A stretch of DNA of 64,000 nucleotides from an uncultured Candidatus Binatia bacterium. GTDB taxonomy: Bacteria > Desulfobacterota > Binatia > UBA9968 > JAJDTQ01. The notes under the pieces are model-generated. The model was not told where the DNA came from, did no database searches, and saw only the letters and a list, made by a program, of their open reading frames with translations. A program made the position numbers and the translations under genes. Of this stretch, positions 18,610 through 27,933 are shown in pieces. Each line of letters begins with the position of its first letter. Position 1 is the stretch's first letter. The stretch covers positions 2,528,001-2,592,000 of the forward strand of contig OZ244070.1 in assembly GCA_965215605.1 (NCBI GenBank), in the 5' to 3' direction.

Positions 18610-20975
18610 AGAAAAGCCGTTTCTCGGTCATCGGCAAGCCCTTGCCGCGCATCGACGGTCCGGCCAAGTGCGCGGGCGACACGCGTTACGCCGACGACCT
18701 CGTCATGCCGCGCATGCTGTTCTGCCGGCTGCTGCGGAGCCCGCATCCGCACGCGCTGATCCACGACGTGTCCGCGCGGCGGGCGCTGGAGCTGCCCGGG
18801 GTCCACGCGGTCATCACCGGCGAGGACGTGCCGACGAAGTTCGGCATCATGCCGTCGACCCAGGACGAGGAGGCGCTGGCGGTGGACAAGGTCCGCTATG
18901 TCGGCGACCCGGTGGCGGCGGTGGCGGCCGTCAGCGAGGACGCGGCGGAGGAGGCGCTGCGGCTCATCGACGTCGACTACGAGGTGCTCGACCCCATCCT
19001 GTCCATCGAGGGCGCCCTCGAGGCCGAAGACCACCGAATCCACACGTGGAACCGGCGCGCCAACATCCAGAAGGCCGTCTCCTTCGAGTTCGGCGAGGTG
19101 GACGCGGGCTTCGAGGAGGCGGACGAGATATTCGAGGGGACCTATTTCTTCCAGGGCAACACCCACCTGCCCATGGAGCAGTACTGCGCGCTGGCCAACT
19201 ACACGGCCGACGGCAAGCTCACGCTGTGGTCCTCGACCCAGACGCCGCACTACGTGCACCGCGCCCTGTCCCGGGTGCTGGATCTGCCCATGGGGCGCAT
19301 CCGGGTCATCGCCACGCCGGTGGGCGGCGGCTTCGGCGGCAAGAGCGACCCGTTCTCCCACGAGATCGCGGTGGCCAGGCTAGCGATGATCACCGGCCGC
19401 CCGGTGAAGATCACGCTCAACCGGGAAGAGTCGTTCTATGTCCACCGGGGACGCCACCCGGTGAAGATGTGGATGCGCACGGGGGTCAAGCGCGACGGCA
19501 CCCTCAAGGCCATGTGGTTCCGTTCCTTCCTGGACGGCGGCGGCTACAGCAGCTACGGCCTGGCCACGGTCTACTACACCGGGGCGCTGCAGACGGTGAC
19601 CTACCAACTGCCGGCCTACAAGTTCGAAGGCGTGCGGGTGTTCACCAACAAGCCGCCCTGCGGCCCCAAGCGCGGCCATGGCACACCGCAGCCGCGGTTC
19701 GCCATGGAGGTGCAGCTCGACGAGATCGCGGAGAAGCTGGGGCTGGACCCGGTGGAACTGCGGCTCAAGCAGATCGTCGAGCCCGACAGCGTGACGGTGA
19801 ACGGCCTTCGGGTCAGCACCATCGGGCTGCGGGAGTGCATCGAGAAGGTCGCCGAGCGCTCGGGCTGGAAGGAGAAGCATCGCGCGCTGCCCCGGGGACA
19901 CGGCATCGGCTTTGCCGCCAGTTCCTACATCAGCGGCGCGGGCCTGCCCATCTACTGGAACGACATGCCCCACTCGGGGGTGCAGATCCGCGCGGACCGG
20001 GGCGGCGGCGTGACCGTGTTCTGCGGCTCCACGGACATCGGCCAGGGCTCCGATTCCATCCTGGCCTTCGCGGTGGCCGAGGAGCTGGGGCTTCAGCCGG
20101 GGGACGTGCGGGTGTTCACGGCGGACACCGACCTCACGCCGGTGGACCTGGGAAGCTATTCCAGCCGGGTCACGGTGATGACCGGCAACGCCGCCATCCA
20201 GGCCTGCGGCAGTCTCAAGGAGCGTCTGTTCGAGGTGGCGGCGGAGGTCCTGGAGGTGCCCGCCGACGACCTGGAAATGGAGGAGGGCCGGGTGCGGAGC
20301 CGCAGTCTGCCGGACCGGGGCCTGGGCTTCGCCGAGTGCGTCGAGCGGGCGGAGTCCCGGTTCGGCACCCTCGGGGCCACCGGCAGCTACCGGCCGCCCA
20401 GGCATCCGGGAGACTACAAGGGCGCCGGGGTCGGGCCTACCCCGTCCTACAGCTACTCCGCCGCCGTGGTGGAGCTCCACTGCGACGGCGACACCGGCGA
20501 GATCCACATCGACAAGGTATGGATCGCCCACGACTGCGGCCGCGCCTTCAACCCGTTGTGGGTGCAGGGGCAGGTGGAGGGAAGCGTCTACATGGCCCTG
20601 GGCGAGGTGCTGATGGAGGAGCAGATCTTCCGCAAGTCGGGCGTGCACAAGATCCCGTCCATCCTCGAATACAAGAGCCCCACGACGTTGGAGACGCCGC
20701 CCATCGAGACCATCCTGGTGGAGACCGACGACCCGGAGGGTCCCTTCGGCGCCAAGGAGGCCGGCCAGGGTCCGTTGCTGCCGGTGATACCGGCCGTGTC
20801 CAACGCGGTCTACGACGCGCTGGGCGTGCGCATCCACGAGATACCTGTGACCCCGGACAAGATCCTGCGGGCGCTGGACCAGCGGCTCAAGGAGCCCTCG
20901 GTGCCGGAGTTCGAGTTTCCCACGCCCATTCGCTGGGCCCCGGGCCAGGGGGTCGAGGTGCCGCAGAAGAGTTGA
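18606..20975 (+). CDS. Molybdopterin-binding large subunit, 4-hydroxybenzoyl-CoA reductase alpha (HcrA)-like
   Basis: SPHPHA, GGGFGGK, GPKRGHG, DIGQG, GSYSSR, GQVEGS, GAKEAGQG. Confidence 0.88.
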   Translation: MKKSRFSVIGKPLPRIDGPAKCAGDTRYADDLVMPRMLFCRLLRSPHPHALIHDVSARRALELPGVHAVITGEDVPTKFGIMPSTQDEEALAVDKVRYVGDPVAAVAAVSEDAAEEALRLIDVDYEVLDPILSIEGALEAEDHRIHTWNRRANIQKAVSFEFGEVDAGFEEADEIFEGTYFFQGNTHLPMEQYCALANYTADGKLTLWSSTQTPHYVHRALSRVLDLPMGRIRVIATPVGGGFGGKSDPFSHEIAVARLAMITGRPVKITLNREESFYVHRGRHPVKMWMRTGVKRDGTLKAMWFRSFLDGGGYSSYGLATVYYTGALQTVTYQLPAYKFEGVRVFTNKPPCGPKRGHGTPQPRFAMEVQLDEIAEKLGLDPVELRLKQIVEPDSVTVNGLRVSTIGLRECIEKVAERSGWKEKHRALPRGHGIGFAASSYISGAGLPIYWNDMPHSGVQIRADRGGGVTVFCGSTDIGQGSDSILAFAVAEELGLQPGDVRVFTADTDLTPVDLGSYSSRVTVMTGNAAIQACGSLKERLFEVAAEVLEVPADDLEMEEGRVRSRSLPDRGLGFAECVERAESRFGTLGATGSYRPPRHPGDYKGAGVGPTPSYSYSAAVVELHCDGDTGEIHIDKVWIAHDCGRAFNPLWVQGQVEGSVYMALGEVLMEEQIFRKSGVHKIPSILEYKSPTTLETPPIETILVETDDPEGPFGAKEAGQGPLLPVIPAVSNAVYDALGVRIHEIPVTPDKILRALDQRLKEPSVPEFEFPTPIRWAPGQGVEVPQKS

Positions 20976-20978
20976 CCG

Positions 20979-22040
20979 ATGCTGCGACTTCCCGATTTCA
21001 CCTATATCCGCCCGCGCACCCTGGCGGAGGCGTCGAGCGCGCTTGAAGAGCTGGGCGCCGAGGCCATGGCGGTGGCCGGCGGCACCGACGTCTATCCCAA
21101 GATGAAGCGGGGGCAGTTCACGCCGCGATACTTGGTGTCGCTGGGCCATGTGGAAGAGCACCGGGGCATACGCCGGGAGGAAGGGCGCGGTCTGTGGGTC
21201 GGCGCCGGCGAGACCCTGAGCGTCGTGGCCGGCCACGAGGTCGTGCGCCGCGAATTTCCCGCGCTGGCCGCCGCCGCCGGCCTGGTCTCGACGCTGCAGC
21301 TCCGGAACGCCGGCACCATCGGCGGCAACCTGTTCGTGGACACCCGCTGCAACTACTACGACCAGTCGTTCTTCTGGCGCCAAGCCGTGGGTTTCTGTCT
21401 CAAGAAGGACGGGGACATCTGCCTGGTGGCGCCCAAGAGCCGCGTCTGCCTCGCCATCTGCTCTTCGGACACCGCGCCGGTGCTGAGCAGCCTGGGCGCC
21501 GAGGCCGTCCTGGTCAGCGGCCAGGGGAGCCGGCAGGTGCCGCTGGACACCCTCTACCGCGACGACGGCATTGACTACCTCGCCAAACGGCCGGAGGAGT
21601 TGTTGCAGGGCGTGTGGATCCCGGAGGCGTCTTTCGGCTGGCGCAACGTCTACCTCAAGCTGCGCCGCCGGGGCTCCTTCGACTTCCCGGTGCTGGGGGT
21701 GGCCGCGGCCCTCAGGATGGCCGCCTCGGGGACGTGCGAGGGGGCGAAGGTGGTTCTGACGGCGGTGGCGTCGGCGCCCAAGGTGGTGGAAGATGCGCCC
21801 GGGGTTCTGTGCGGGAAGCCCGTGGACAGGGCCTCCATCGCCGAGGCCGCGGAGCTGGCCATGCGCGTGTCCCATCCGCTGGACAACGCGGACATGGATT
21901 ACTGGTATCGCAAGCGCATGACCCGGGTGTACGTGACGCGGGCGCTGCGGCAACTGACCGCCTCCGGCGAGGCGGCTGACGGCCCGGAGGCGGCCCCCGC
22001 CCAAGCGGGCCGGAAAGGAAGCCATGGCGGCATCCGCTGA
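20979..22040 (+). CDS. FAD subunit with [4Fe-4S] loop (HcrB-like)
   Basis: AGGTD, RNAGTIGGN, and the extra Cys loop RCNYY...FCLKK.GDIC...C. Confidence 0.9.
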   Translation: MLRLPDFTYIRPRTLAEASSALEELGAEAMAVAGGTDVYPKMKRGQFTPRYLVSLGHVEEHRGIRREEGRGLWVGAGETLSVVAGHEVVRREFPALAAAAGLVSTLQLRNAGTIGGNLFVDTRCNYYDQSFFWRQAVGFCLKKDGDICLVAPKSRVCLAICSSDTAPVLSSLGAEAVLVSGQGSRQVPLDTLYRDDGIDYLAKRPEELLQGVWIPEASFGWRNVYLKLRRRGSFDFPVLGVAAALRMAASGTCEGAKVVLTAVASAPKVVEDAPGVLCGKPVDRASIAEAAELAMRVSHPLDNADMDYWYRKRMTRVYVTRALRQLTASGEAADGPEAAPAQAGRKGSHGGIR

Positions 22041-23514
22041 GCTGGAAGCAAGGCTGCAGGGCCTCGAGAATCACCTGCGCACGGAGAACCCCGTTCTTCT
22101 GAGCGCGGTTCGGAGTTTCCGGAAACTGGACGGGATCTCGCGGCGGCTGGGGTTCCTGGGAGCCGGCGAGTCCCATGCCACGCGCATTCCGTGGTGGCCT
22201 CTGGTGGCCGTGCTGGGCACCTATTCGTCGGGCAAGTCCACGTTCATCAACGACTACCTGGGGCAGGCGGTACAATCCACTGGCAACCAGGCGGTGGATG
22301 ACCGGTTTTCCGTGTTGTGCTTCGGCAAGGAACAGGATGTCCGCGTGCTGCCGGGGGTGGCGCTGGATGCCGACCCCCGCTTTCCGTTCTACAAGATGAG
22401 CCGGGCCATCGAGGAGATCAGCGCGGGCGAGGGAAGCCGCATCGACGCCTACCTCCAGCTCAAGACCTGCTCCAGCGAAACGCTTCGCGGCATGATCGTC
22501 ATCGACTCGCCGGGCTTCGACGCGGACCAGCAGCGCACGGCGACGCTGCGCGTGTCGGACCGCATCATCGACCTTGCGGATCTGGTGCTGGTCTTCTTCG
22601 ATGCCAGGCACCCCGAGCCCGGCACCATGCAGGATACCCTGCAGCACATGGTGGCGGAGACCATCCACCGGACGGATTCGAACAAGTTCCTCTACGTGCT
22701 GAACCAGATGGACCACACGGCGCGGGAGAACAACCCGGAGGACATCGTAGGGTCGTGGCAACGGGCGCTGGCGCAGAAAGGGCTGACCGCCGGGCGGTTC
22801 TACTGCATCTACAGTCCGCGGGCGGCCGTCCCCATAGAGGACGAGGGCGTGCGCGCCCGCTACGAAGAGAAGCGCGACTTCGATCTGGCCGAGGTTCACG
22901 GACGCATCCGGCAGGTCGGAGTGGACCGGACCTACCGCATCATGGGAAACCTCGAGCACACCGCCCGCGACATCGAGTTGCGGCTGGTGCCGCGCCTGCA
23001 GGCCATGATCGCGGAGTGGCGCGCCCGGGTCCGGCGGTTTGACGGAACCGCTTTCGGCGTCCTCCTCGCGGTCGTGCTGGGGTGGACCGCGTGGAGCGGT
23101 GAATGGAATGGCCTCACGCTTGCCCACCCCTTCTGGTCAGCGGTGTTCGGCGAGGCCGCGTGGACCTATGCCGCGTTGGCGGCGGCGGGGCTGGTGGCGG
23201 GATACATCCATGTCTCGGCTCGCCGGATAGCGGCCAACCGCGTGCTCAAGACGCTTCGGCGCCGGTTGGGGGAGGTCCGCGACACGGATGTGCTCGATGC
23301 GCTCAGCGCCGCCTTCCGCCGGAACACGCTTCCGTGGCGTCCGGTGTTCGGAGCGCGCCCTTCGGGCTGGAACCAGGGTACCCGGCAGCAACTCTCCGAG
23401 GTGATCGCGGAGGCCAACGGCTGCGTGCAGGCTCTCAACGACCGGTTCGCCGACCCGGGCGGCGCGGCGGCGGCCCCGCCGCCCCCGGACACGCCAGCCG
23501 AGTCCCCGACATGA
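22024..23514 (+). CDS. Dynamin-superfamily (EHD-like) P-loop NTPase with two C-terminal TM helices
   Basis: GTYSSGKSTFIN, IDSPG, LNQMD; two hydrophobic segments near the C-terminus. Confidence 0.8.
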   Translation: MAASAELEARLQGLENHLRTENPVLLSAVRSFRKLDGISRRLGFLGAGESHATRIPWWPLVAVLGTYSSGKSTFINDYLGQAVQSTGNQAVDDRFSVLCFGKEQDVRVLPGVALDADPRFPFYKMSRAIEEISAGEGSRIDAYLQLKTCSSETLRGMIVIDSPGFDADQQRTATLRVSDRIIDLADLVLVFFDARHPEPGTMQDTLQHMVAETIHRTDSNKFLYVLNQMDHTARENNPEDIVGSWQRALAQKGLTAGRFYCIYSPRAAVPIEDEGVRARYEEKRDFDLAEVHGRIRQVGVDRTYRIMGNLEHTARDIELRLVPRLQAMIAEWRARVRRFDGTAFGVLLAVVLGWTAWSGEWNGLTLAHPFWSAVFGEAAWTYAALAAAGLVAGYIHVSARRIAANRVLKTLRRRLGEVRDTDVLDALSAAFRRNTLPWRPVFGARPSGWNQGTRQQLSEVIAEANGCVQALNDRFADPGGAAAAPPPPDTPAESPT

Positions 23515-23593
23515 ACCGACTGCGGCGCGCGGTTTCGCCCCGGTTGCCGTCCGTCCGGGCCGCAACCCGCCGGATACCCGTTCCCCCGATCCC

Positions 23594-24313
23594 ATGCGAA
23601 CACGCAAGCTGTTGAAACGCGGGACCATTCTCGCCGCCGTGGTGCTGGCCCTGTTCCTGGCAAGCCCTTACGCGCCGGCGCCGCTGGTCGGCGCCGGAGA
23701 GGGCGGCGGTTTGTCATTGACCGCCTCTTACTGGACCGAAGGGCAGACCCGGCAGTTCCTGTTGTCCCTGGGCTCGTATTCCGCCGTCACGCTGGTGTTG
23801 TTCCAGGCCAGCCAGGTTGTGTTTCCTCCCGTCCCGGGTGAGTTGATCGGGATCCTGGCCGGTTACCTCTACGGCACGTGGGCCGGTTTCGTCCTCTCCA
23901 CTCTCGGCCTGACGCTGGGCTCATGGGTGGTGTTCGAGCTCGCCCGTGTTCTCGGCCGGCCTTTCGTGGAGCGGACCCTGAGCCGGAAAATGCTTGCCAG
24001 GATGGGATTCCTGTCCACCGACCGCGGCGCCTTGATCTGCTTTCTGCTCTTCGCGGTGCCCGGCTTTCCCAAGGACTACCTGTGCGGTCTGCTGGGCGTC
24101 AGCCGGATGAGCTTTCCCACGTTCATGATCCTGTCCACGCTGGGCCGGATGCCCGCGACCTGCATACTGGCGTTGCAGGGAGCGAAGTTTCACGGCCAGA
24201 CGTATCTTGAGGCCGGGCTGGTGGTGGCGGCCTTCTGCGCGGTGGTGCTTGCCGCCTACCTCTACCGTGAACGGCTGTTCATGTGGTTGCACGCCAAGAG
24301 CCTGTCCGGATAG
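23594..24313 (+). CDS. DedA/VTT (TVP38/TMEM64) family membrane protein
   Basis: PPVPGE, AGYLYG, LARVLGR, PGFPKDYL, GRMP. Confidence 0.88.
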   Translation: MRTRKLLKRGTILAAVVLALFLASPYAPAPLVGAGEGGGLSLTASYWTEGQTRQFLLSLGSYSAVTLVLFQASQVVFPPVPGELIGILAGYLYGTWAGFVLSTLGLTLGSWVVFELARVLGRPFVERTLSRKMLARMGFLSTDRGALICFLLFAVPGFPKDYLCGLLGVSRMSFPTFMILSTLGRMPATCILALQGAKFHGQTYLEAGLVVAAFCAVVLAAYLYRERLFMWLHAKSLSG

Positions 24314-24347
24314 CCGGGACACGAAACCCCCCGCGGCATGGCGCGGG

Positions 24348-25031
24348 TCAGGGCTCTTCCGGTGACGGCGGACGGGGGAGGGCCGGAGGGTCCGCGCTGT
24401 TGAATTCCCGGCCGACGATGCCGGACGAGACGATGAACTTGAAGGCTTCTTCGACGGTGTAGTCGGTTTCGATCACTTCGTCTTCCGGTATCAGGACGAG
24501 AAAGCCGGAGGTCGGGTTCGGTGTGGTGGGTACGAAGACGGACAGCAGGTCTCCGGAAGGGGAGAGGTCGAAGGGGTCGGTCCTGCGGGTTGCCACCAGT
24601 CCCATCATCCAGACGCCGTTTCTGGGATACTCCAGCAGCACCACCCGCTGGAAGCTGCGGTGAGGTCCTTGAAGCGTCTCCACCACCTGCTTGACGGCGC
24701 CGTACACGGTGCTCACCAACGGCAACTTCATGAACAGTTGGTTCACGGTGGCGAGCACGCGGCGGCCGACGATGTTGGTGCCGAACATCCCGATAAAGAA
24801 GACCAGCAGCAGGGCCAGCAGCAGGTTGATGAACGGGACCAGCGGCGTAAGCCACTGAAGCTCGTCCATATCGAAGAAGAACGACAGAATGCCCAGGAGG
24901 ATCGGAGTGCCCGCGTTGCTGAGCAGGTTGAACAGGAACGCGATGAGGATGTAGGTGACGAACAGCGGGATCAGGATCAGCAATCCCGTGATCATCGTGT
25001 TCCGCAGAACATGGGGTTTCCTGGCTTGCAT
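24348..25031 (-). CDS. DUF502 family membrane protein
   Basis: ITGLLILIP, VYGAVKQ, EYPR, FVPTTPNPTSGF. Confidence 0.9.
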   Translation of the reverse strand: MQARKPHVLRNTMITGLLILIPLFVTYILIAFLFNLLSNAGTPILLGILSFFFDMDELQWLTPLVPFINLLLALLLVFFIGMFGTNIVGRRVLATVNQLFMKLPLVSTVYGAVKQVVETLQGPHRSFQRVVLLEYPRNGVWMMGLVATRRTDPFDLSPSGDLLSVFVPTTPNPTSGFLVLIPEDEVIETDYTVEEAFKFIVSSGIVGREFNSADPPALPRPPSPEEP

Positions 25032-25195
25032 GGGACGGGTGCCGGCGTGAAAGATGCAAGCAGAGAATACGTGAAGGCTGCACCGCTGGCAAGGGTGGCC
25101 TTCGACGCCCCGGCCCCTCTATTGACATACACGCCTAACTCATTTAATGATCGATAAAATCGTTGCCTGTTTTCGCGGCACAGGAGGGTGAAGCA

Positions 25196-26626
25196 TTGAC
25201 GTTCCTGAATGACACCACCGAAACGTTGGAGTTTCCGCCGCCCCCGTCCGAGACCCTGAACGGGGACGGCCGGCATGGGGGCGTCACGGGCCTGGAGGAA
25301 CATCGGCCGGACGGCCCGTTCAGTCTGTCCGACTACGAGGCGGTCATCGGCCGGGATCTGGTGGACGAGCTCAGGGGGCTGGCGGAGCCCTTGACCGGCC
25401 GGGGATGGGTGAACGTGAATTCCACGGCGGTGGGCGGCGGAGTGGCCGAGATGCTTCGCAGCGTCGTTCCCCTGGCCCGGTTGCTGGGCGTGGACGCCCG
25501 GTGGTGCACGATTCGCGGCAACCCGGAGTTCTTCCAGGTAACCAAGAAGTTTCACAACCTGCTGCAGGGCGCCGGGGCGCCCGTTTCCCTCGACGAGATC
25601 TTCGGCGCGTACCTCGATACCATCGAGGAGAATGCCTGCGATGCCTTCATTGCTTCGGACCTCACCGTCATTCATGATCCGCAGCCGGCGGCGATGATCA
25701 TGAACGCGCCGATCCGCGGCAACGTGATCTGGCGCTGCCACATCGATACCTCGGCGCCCGACAGGACCGTCTGGCGGTTCCTGTTGCCGTATATCAACCA
25801 CTATGACGGAGCCGTGTTCACCATGCCCGAGTTCGTCGGGCCGGGGCTCAAGGTCCCGGTATACGAGATCATGCCGTGCATCGACCCCCTCGCCCCGAAG
25901 AACCGGCACTACACGCGGAACGAGGCGCTGGATGTCCTGCAACCCTTGTTCAAGGCCCAGGACGTGGACCCGGAGAGGCCCATCTTCGCCGCCATCTCCC
26001 GCTATGACCGCCACAAGAATCAGGCCACGATACTCAAAGCCTTCCAGCGCCTGAGCGAGGAGCGGGGACGCGACCCCCGGCCGTACCTCGTCTTCATCGG
26101 GAATACCGCCTCCGACGACCCGGAAGGCGCTGACGTGCTGCACGAATTGAGGCAGCAGGCCGGGGGCCATCCGGATGTTCGGTTCTGCGTCAACGTGGAG
26201 GACAACGACCGCGTGGTGGGCGCACTGATGAGCGTCGCGCGGGGATTCGTGCACGTGTCGACAAAGGAAGGATTCGGGCTGGTGGTGGCCGAGGCCCTGT
26301 GGCAGGGGGCGCCCGTCATTGGCTCCCGGGCGGGCGGCATCAAGAGGCAGGTCATCGACGGCGTGACCGGCCATCTGGTGGATCCGCTGGACGTCGATGC
26401 CATCGCTTCGCGAATGGCCGCCGTGCTGGACGACGTCGACGCGGCCGCGGCCCTGGGCCGCCAAGGGAGGGATCACGTCCGCCGAAATTTCCTGCTGCCG
26501 GAACTGCTCAAGCGTTACCTGATGCTCATGAGCTACTACTGCGGCGTCAGTCCGGCGCCGCCGCCGCTCGGGTACGGCGACGAGTTCCACGGCGGCAACG
26601 CCTCCCGGCGCGAAAAGCGGGCTTGA
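25196..26626 (+). CDS. GT4 glycosyltransferase, trehalose synthase TreT-like
   Basis: NSTAVGGGVAEML, TKKFHN, HDPQP, WRCHID, EGFGLVVAEA. TTG start after GGAGG. Confidence 0.85.
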   Translation: MTFLNDTTETLEFPPPPSETLNGDGRHGGVTGLEEHRPDGPFSLSDYEAVIGRDLVDELRGLAEPLTGRGWVNVNSTAVGGGVAEMLRSVVPLARLLGVDARWCTIRGNPEFFQVTKKFHNLLQGAGAPVSLDEIFGAYLDTIEENACDAFIASDLTVIHDPQPAAMIMNAPIRGNVIWRCHIDTSAPDRTVWRFLLPYINHYDGAVFTMPEFVGPGLKVPVYEIMPCIDPLAPKNRHYTRNEALDVLQPLFKAQDVDPERPIFAAISRYDRHKNQATILKAFQRLSEERGRDPRPYLVFIGNTASDDPEGADVLHELRQQAGGHPDVRFCVNVEDNDRVVGALMSVARGFVHVSTKEGFGLVVAEALWQGAPVIGSRAGGIKRQVIDGVTGHLVDPLDVDAIASRMAAVLDDVDAAAALGRQGRDHVRRNFLLPELLKRYLMLMSYYCGVSPAPPPLGYGDEFHGGNASRREKRA

Positions 26627-26660
26627 AGTGTGCCCCGGCGCCCTTGGTGGCCGTTTTCTC

Positions 26661-26689
26661 TTTACAATATCGAAATGTTCTCATATCTT
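26661..26689 (+). promoter_or_regulatory. sigma70-type promoter of the HU gene
   Basis: TTTACA-N17-TATCTT in an AT-rich intergenic region. Confidence 0.6.
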
Positions 26690-26745
26690 AAGGATTATCA
26701 CTTGAACCGGCGTCCCTTGCCAGAAGGGGTGCGGAAGGGAAAGGT

Positions 26746-27054
26746 ATGGCAGCAACGAAGATGACTCAGGCGCAAATCGTGACGGACCTTGCGGCCAAGT
26801 GCGACCTCAACAAACGAGCCGCAAAAGACTTTCTCGACAATCTGGCCGCGCTGGCCGTCAAGGAGGTGAAGAAGAGCGGAGTCTTCATCGTACCGGGCAT
26901 CGGCCGGCTCGTTAAGACCAACAGAAAGGCCCGCATGGGGCGCAATCCGGCTACGGGGCAGGCAATCAAGATTCCTGCCAAGCGAGTCGTCAAGTTTCGT
27001 ATTGCCAAAGCCTGCAAGGACGCCATCGTCCCCCCGAAGAAGCCCCGCAGCTAA
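26746..27054 (+). CDS. hup: HU family DNA-binding protein
   Basis: PGIG, RKARMGRNPATG, IPAKRVVKF. Confidence 0.93.
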   Translation: MAATKMTQAQIVTDLAAKCDLNKRAAKDFLDNLAALAVKEVKKSGVFIVPGIGRLVKTNRKARMGRNPATGQAIKIPAKRVVKFRIAKACKDAIVPPKKPRS

Positions 27055-27132
27055 TAGATATGCGACCGGAGGCCGGGGACGCGTGGCCTCCGGCCGGCTC
27101 ATCAGCCTGTCGGACTTGGCGGACGTTCGAAC

Positions 27133-27933
27133 ATGGTGGACAAGTCCGAAGGGGGCAGGGTGATGGCGGTCTATCACGTCAAGGGTGGTGTCGGTAAGAC
27201 CGCCGCTGCCGTAAACCTCGCCTATCTCAGCGCCTCGTCCGGGTTCAGGACGTTGCTTTGCGATCTCGACCCGCAGAGTTCGGCGACCTACTATCTTCGG
27301 GTAAAGCCCAGGCTCAAGCATGCCAGAAGGGTCCTCCTCAAGGGAGGAGCGAAGGTTTCCCGCAACATCAAGGGCACCGACTACGACGGTCTGGATCTCT
27401 TGCCCGCCGACTGGTCCCACCGCCATCTGCCCGCTTCACTGGATCACGCCGGCAAGTCCAGGAAACGGTTGCGCAGCATACTCGGCCCCTTCCGTGGCGA
27501 GTACGACCTGATCGTGCTCGACAGCCCCGCCACCGCAACTCTGCTGGCGGAGAGCATCTTCGTGGCGTCGGACCTTGTGCTGGTGCCGGTTGTCCCCTCC
27601 ACACTCGCCGCTCGGGCGTACGCCAACCTGCGGGCGTTCATCAGGCGCAAGGGCTACGATGAAGGCAAGATCCGGGCGTTCTTCTCCATGGTGGAGGCGC
27701 GCAAGAAGATGCACCGGGCCACCATGGCCGCCATGAAGGAGCAGTTTCCCGGGTGGCTTCAGGCTGCCATCCCTTACGCAGCGGACGTCGAGAGCATGGG
27801 TTTCGCCCGGGCGCCGTTGCCGGCCTTCCTGCCCGCCGCCGCCGCGACCCGGCGTTATCGGGACCTGTGGGACGAACTGGCGGCCGTGCTGGATGCCGCC
27901 GCCGCGGCCCGCGCCCGGGACCTGTCCGTGTAG
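27133..27933 (+). CDS. ParA/MinD family ATPase
   Basis: KGGVGKT deviant Walker A, DLDPQ, LDSP. Start may be at the downstream GTG/ATG. Confidence 0.9.
   Translation: MVDKSEGGRVMAVYHVKGGVGKTAAAVNLAYLSASSGFRTLLCDLDPQSSATYYLRVKPRLKHARRVLLKGGAKVSRNIKGTDYDGLDLLPADWSHRHLPASLDHAGKSRKRLRSILGPFRGEYDLIVLDSPATATLLAESIFVASDLVLVPVVPSTLAARAYANLRAFIRRKGYDEGKIRAFFSMVEARKKMHRATMAAMKEQFPGWLQAAIPYAADVESMGFARAPLPAFLPAAAATRRYRDLWDELAAVLDAAAAARARDLSV

Noticed and set aside
17859-22040. Aerobic CO dehydrogenase (coxSLM, with coxG at 62996)
   Set aside because: No AYxCSFR active-site loop, the FAD subunit has the HcrB-type Cys loop, and coxG is 40 kb away.
27931-27933. Pyrrolysine recoding of the ParA TAG
   Set aside because: No pyl genes in the window, and ParA is already of normal length.
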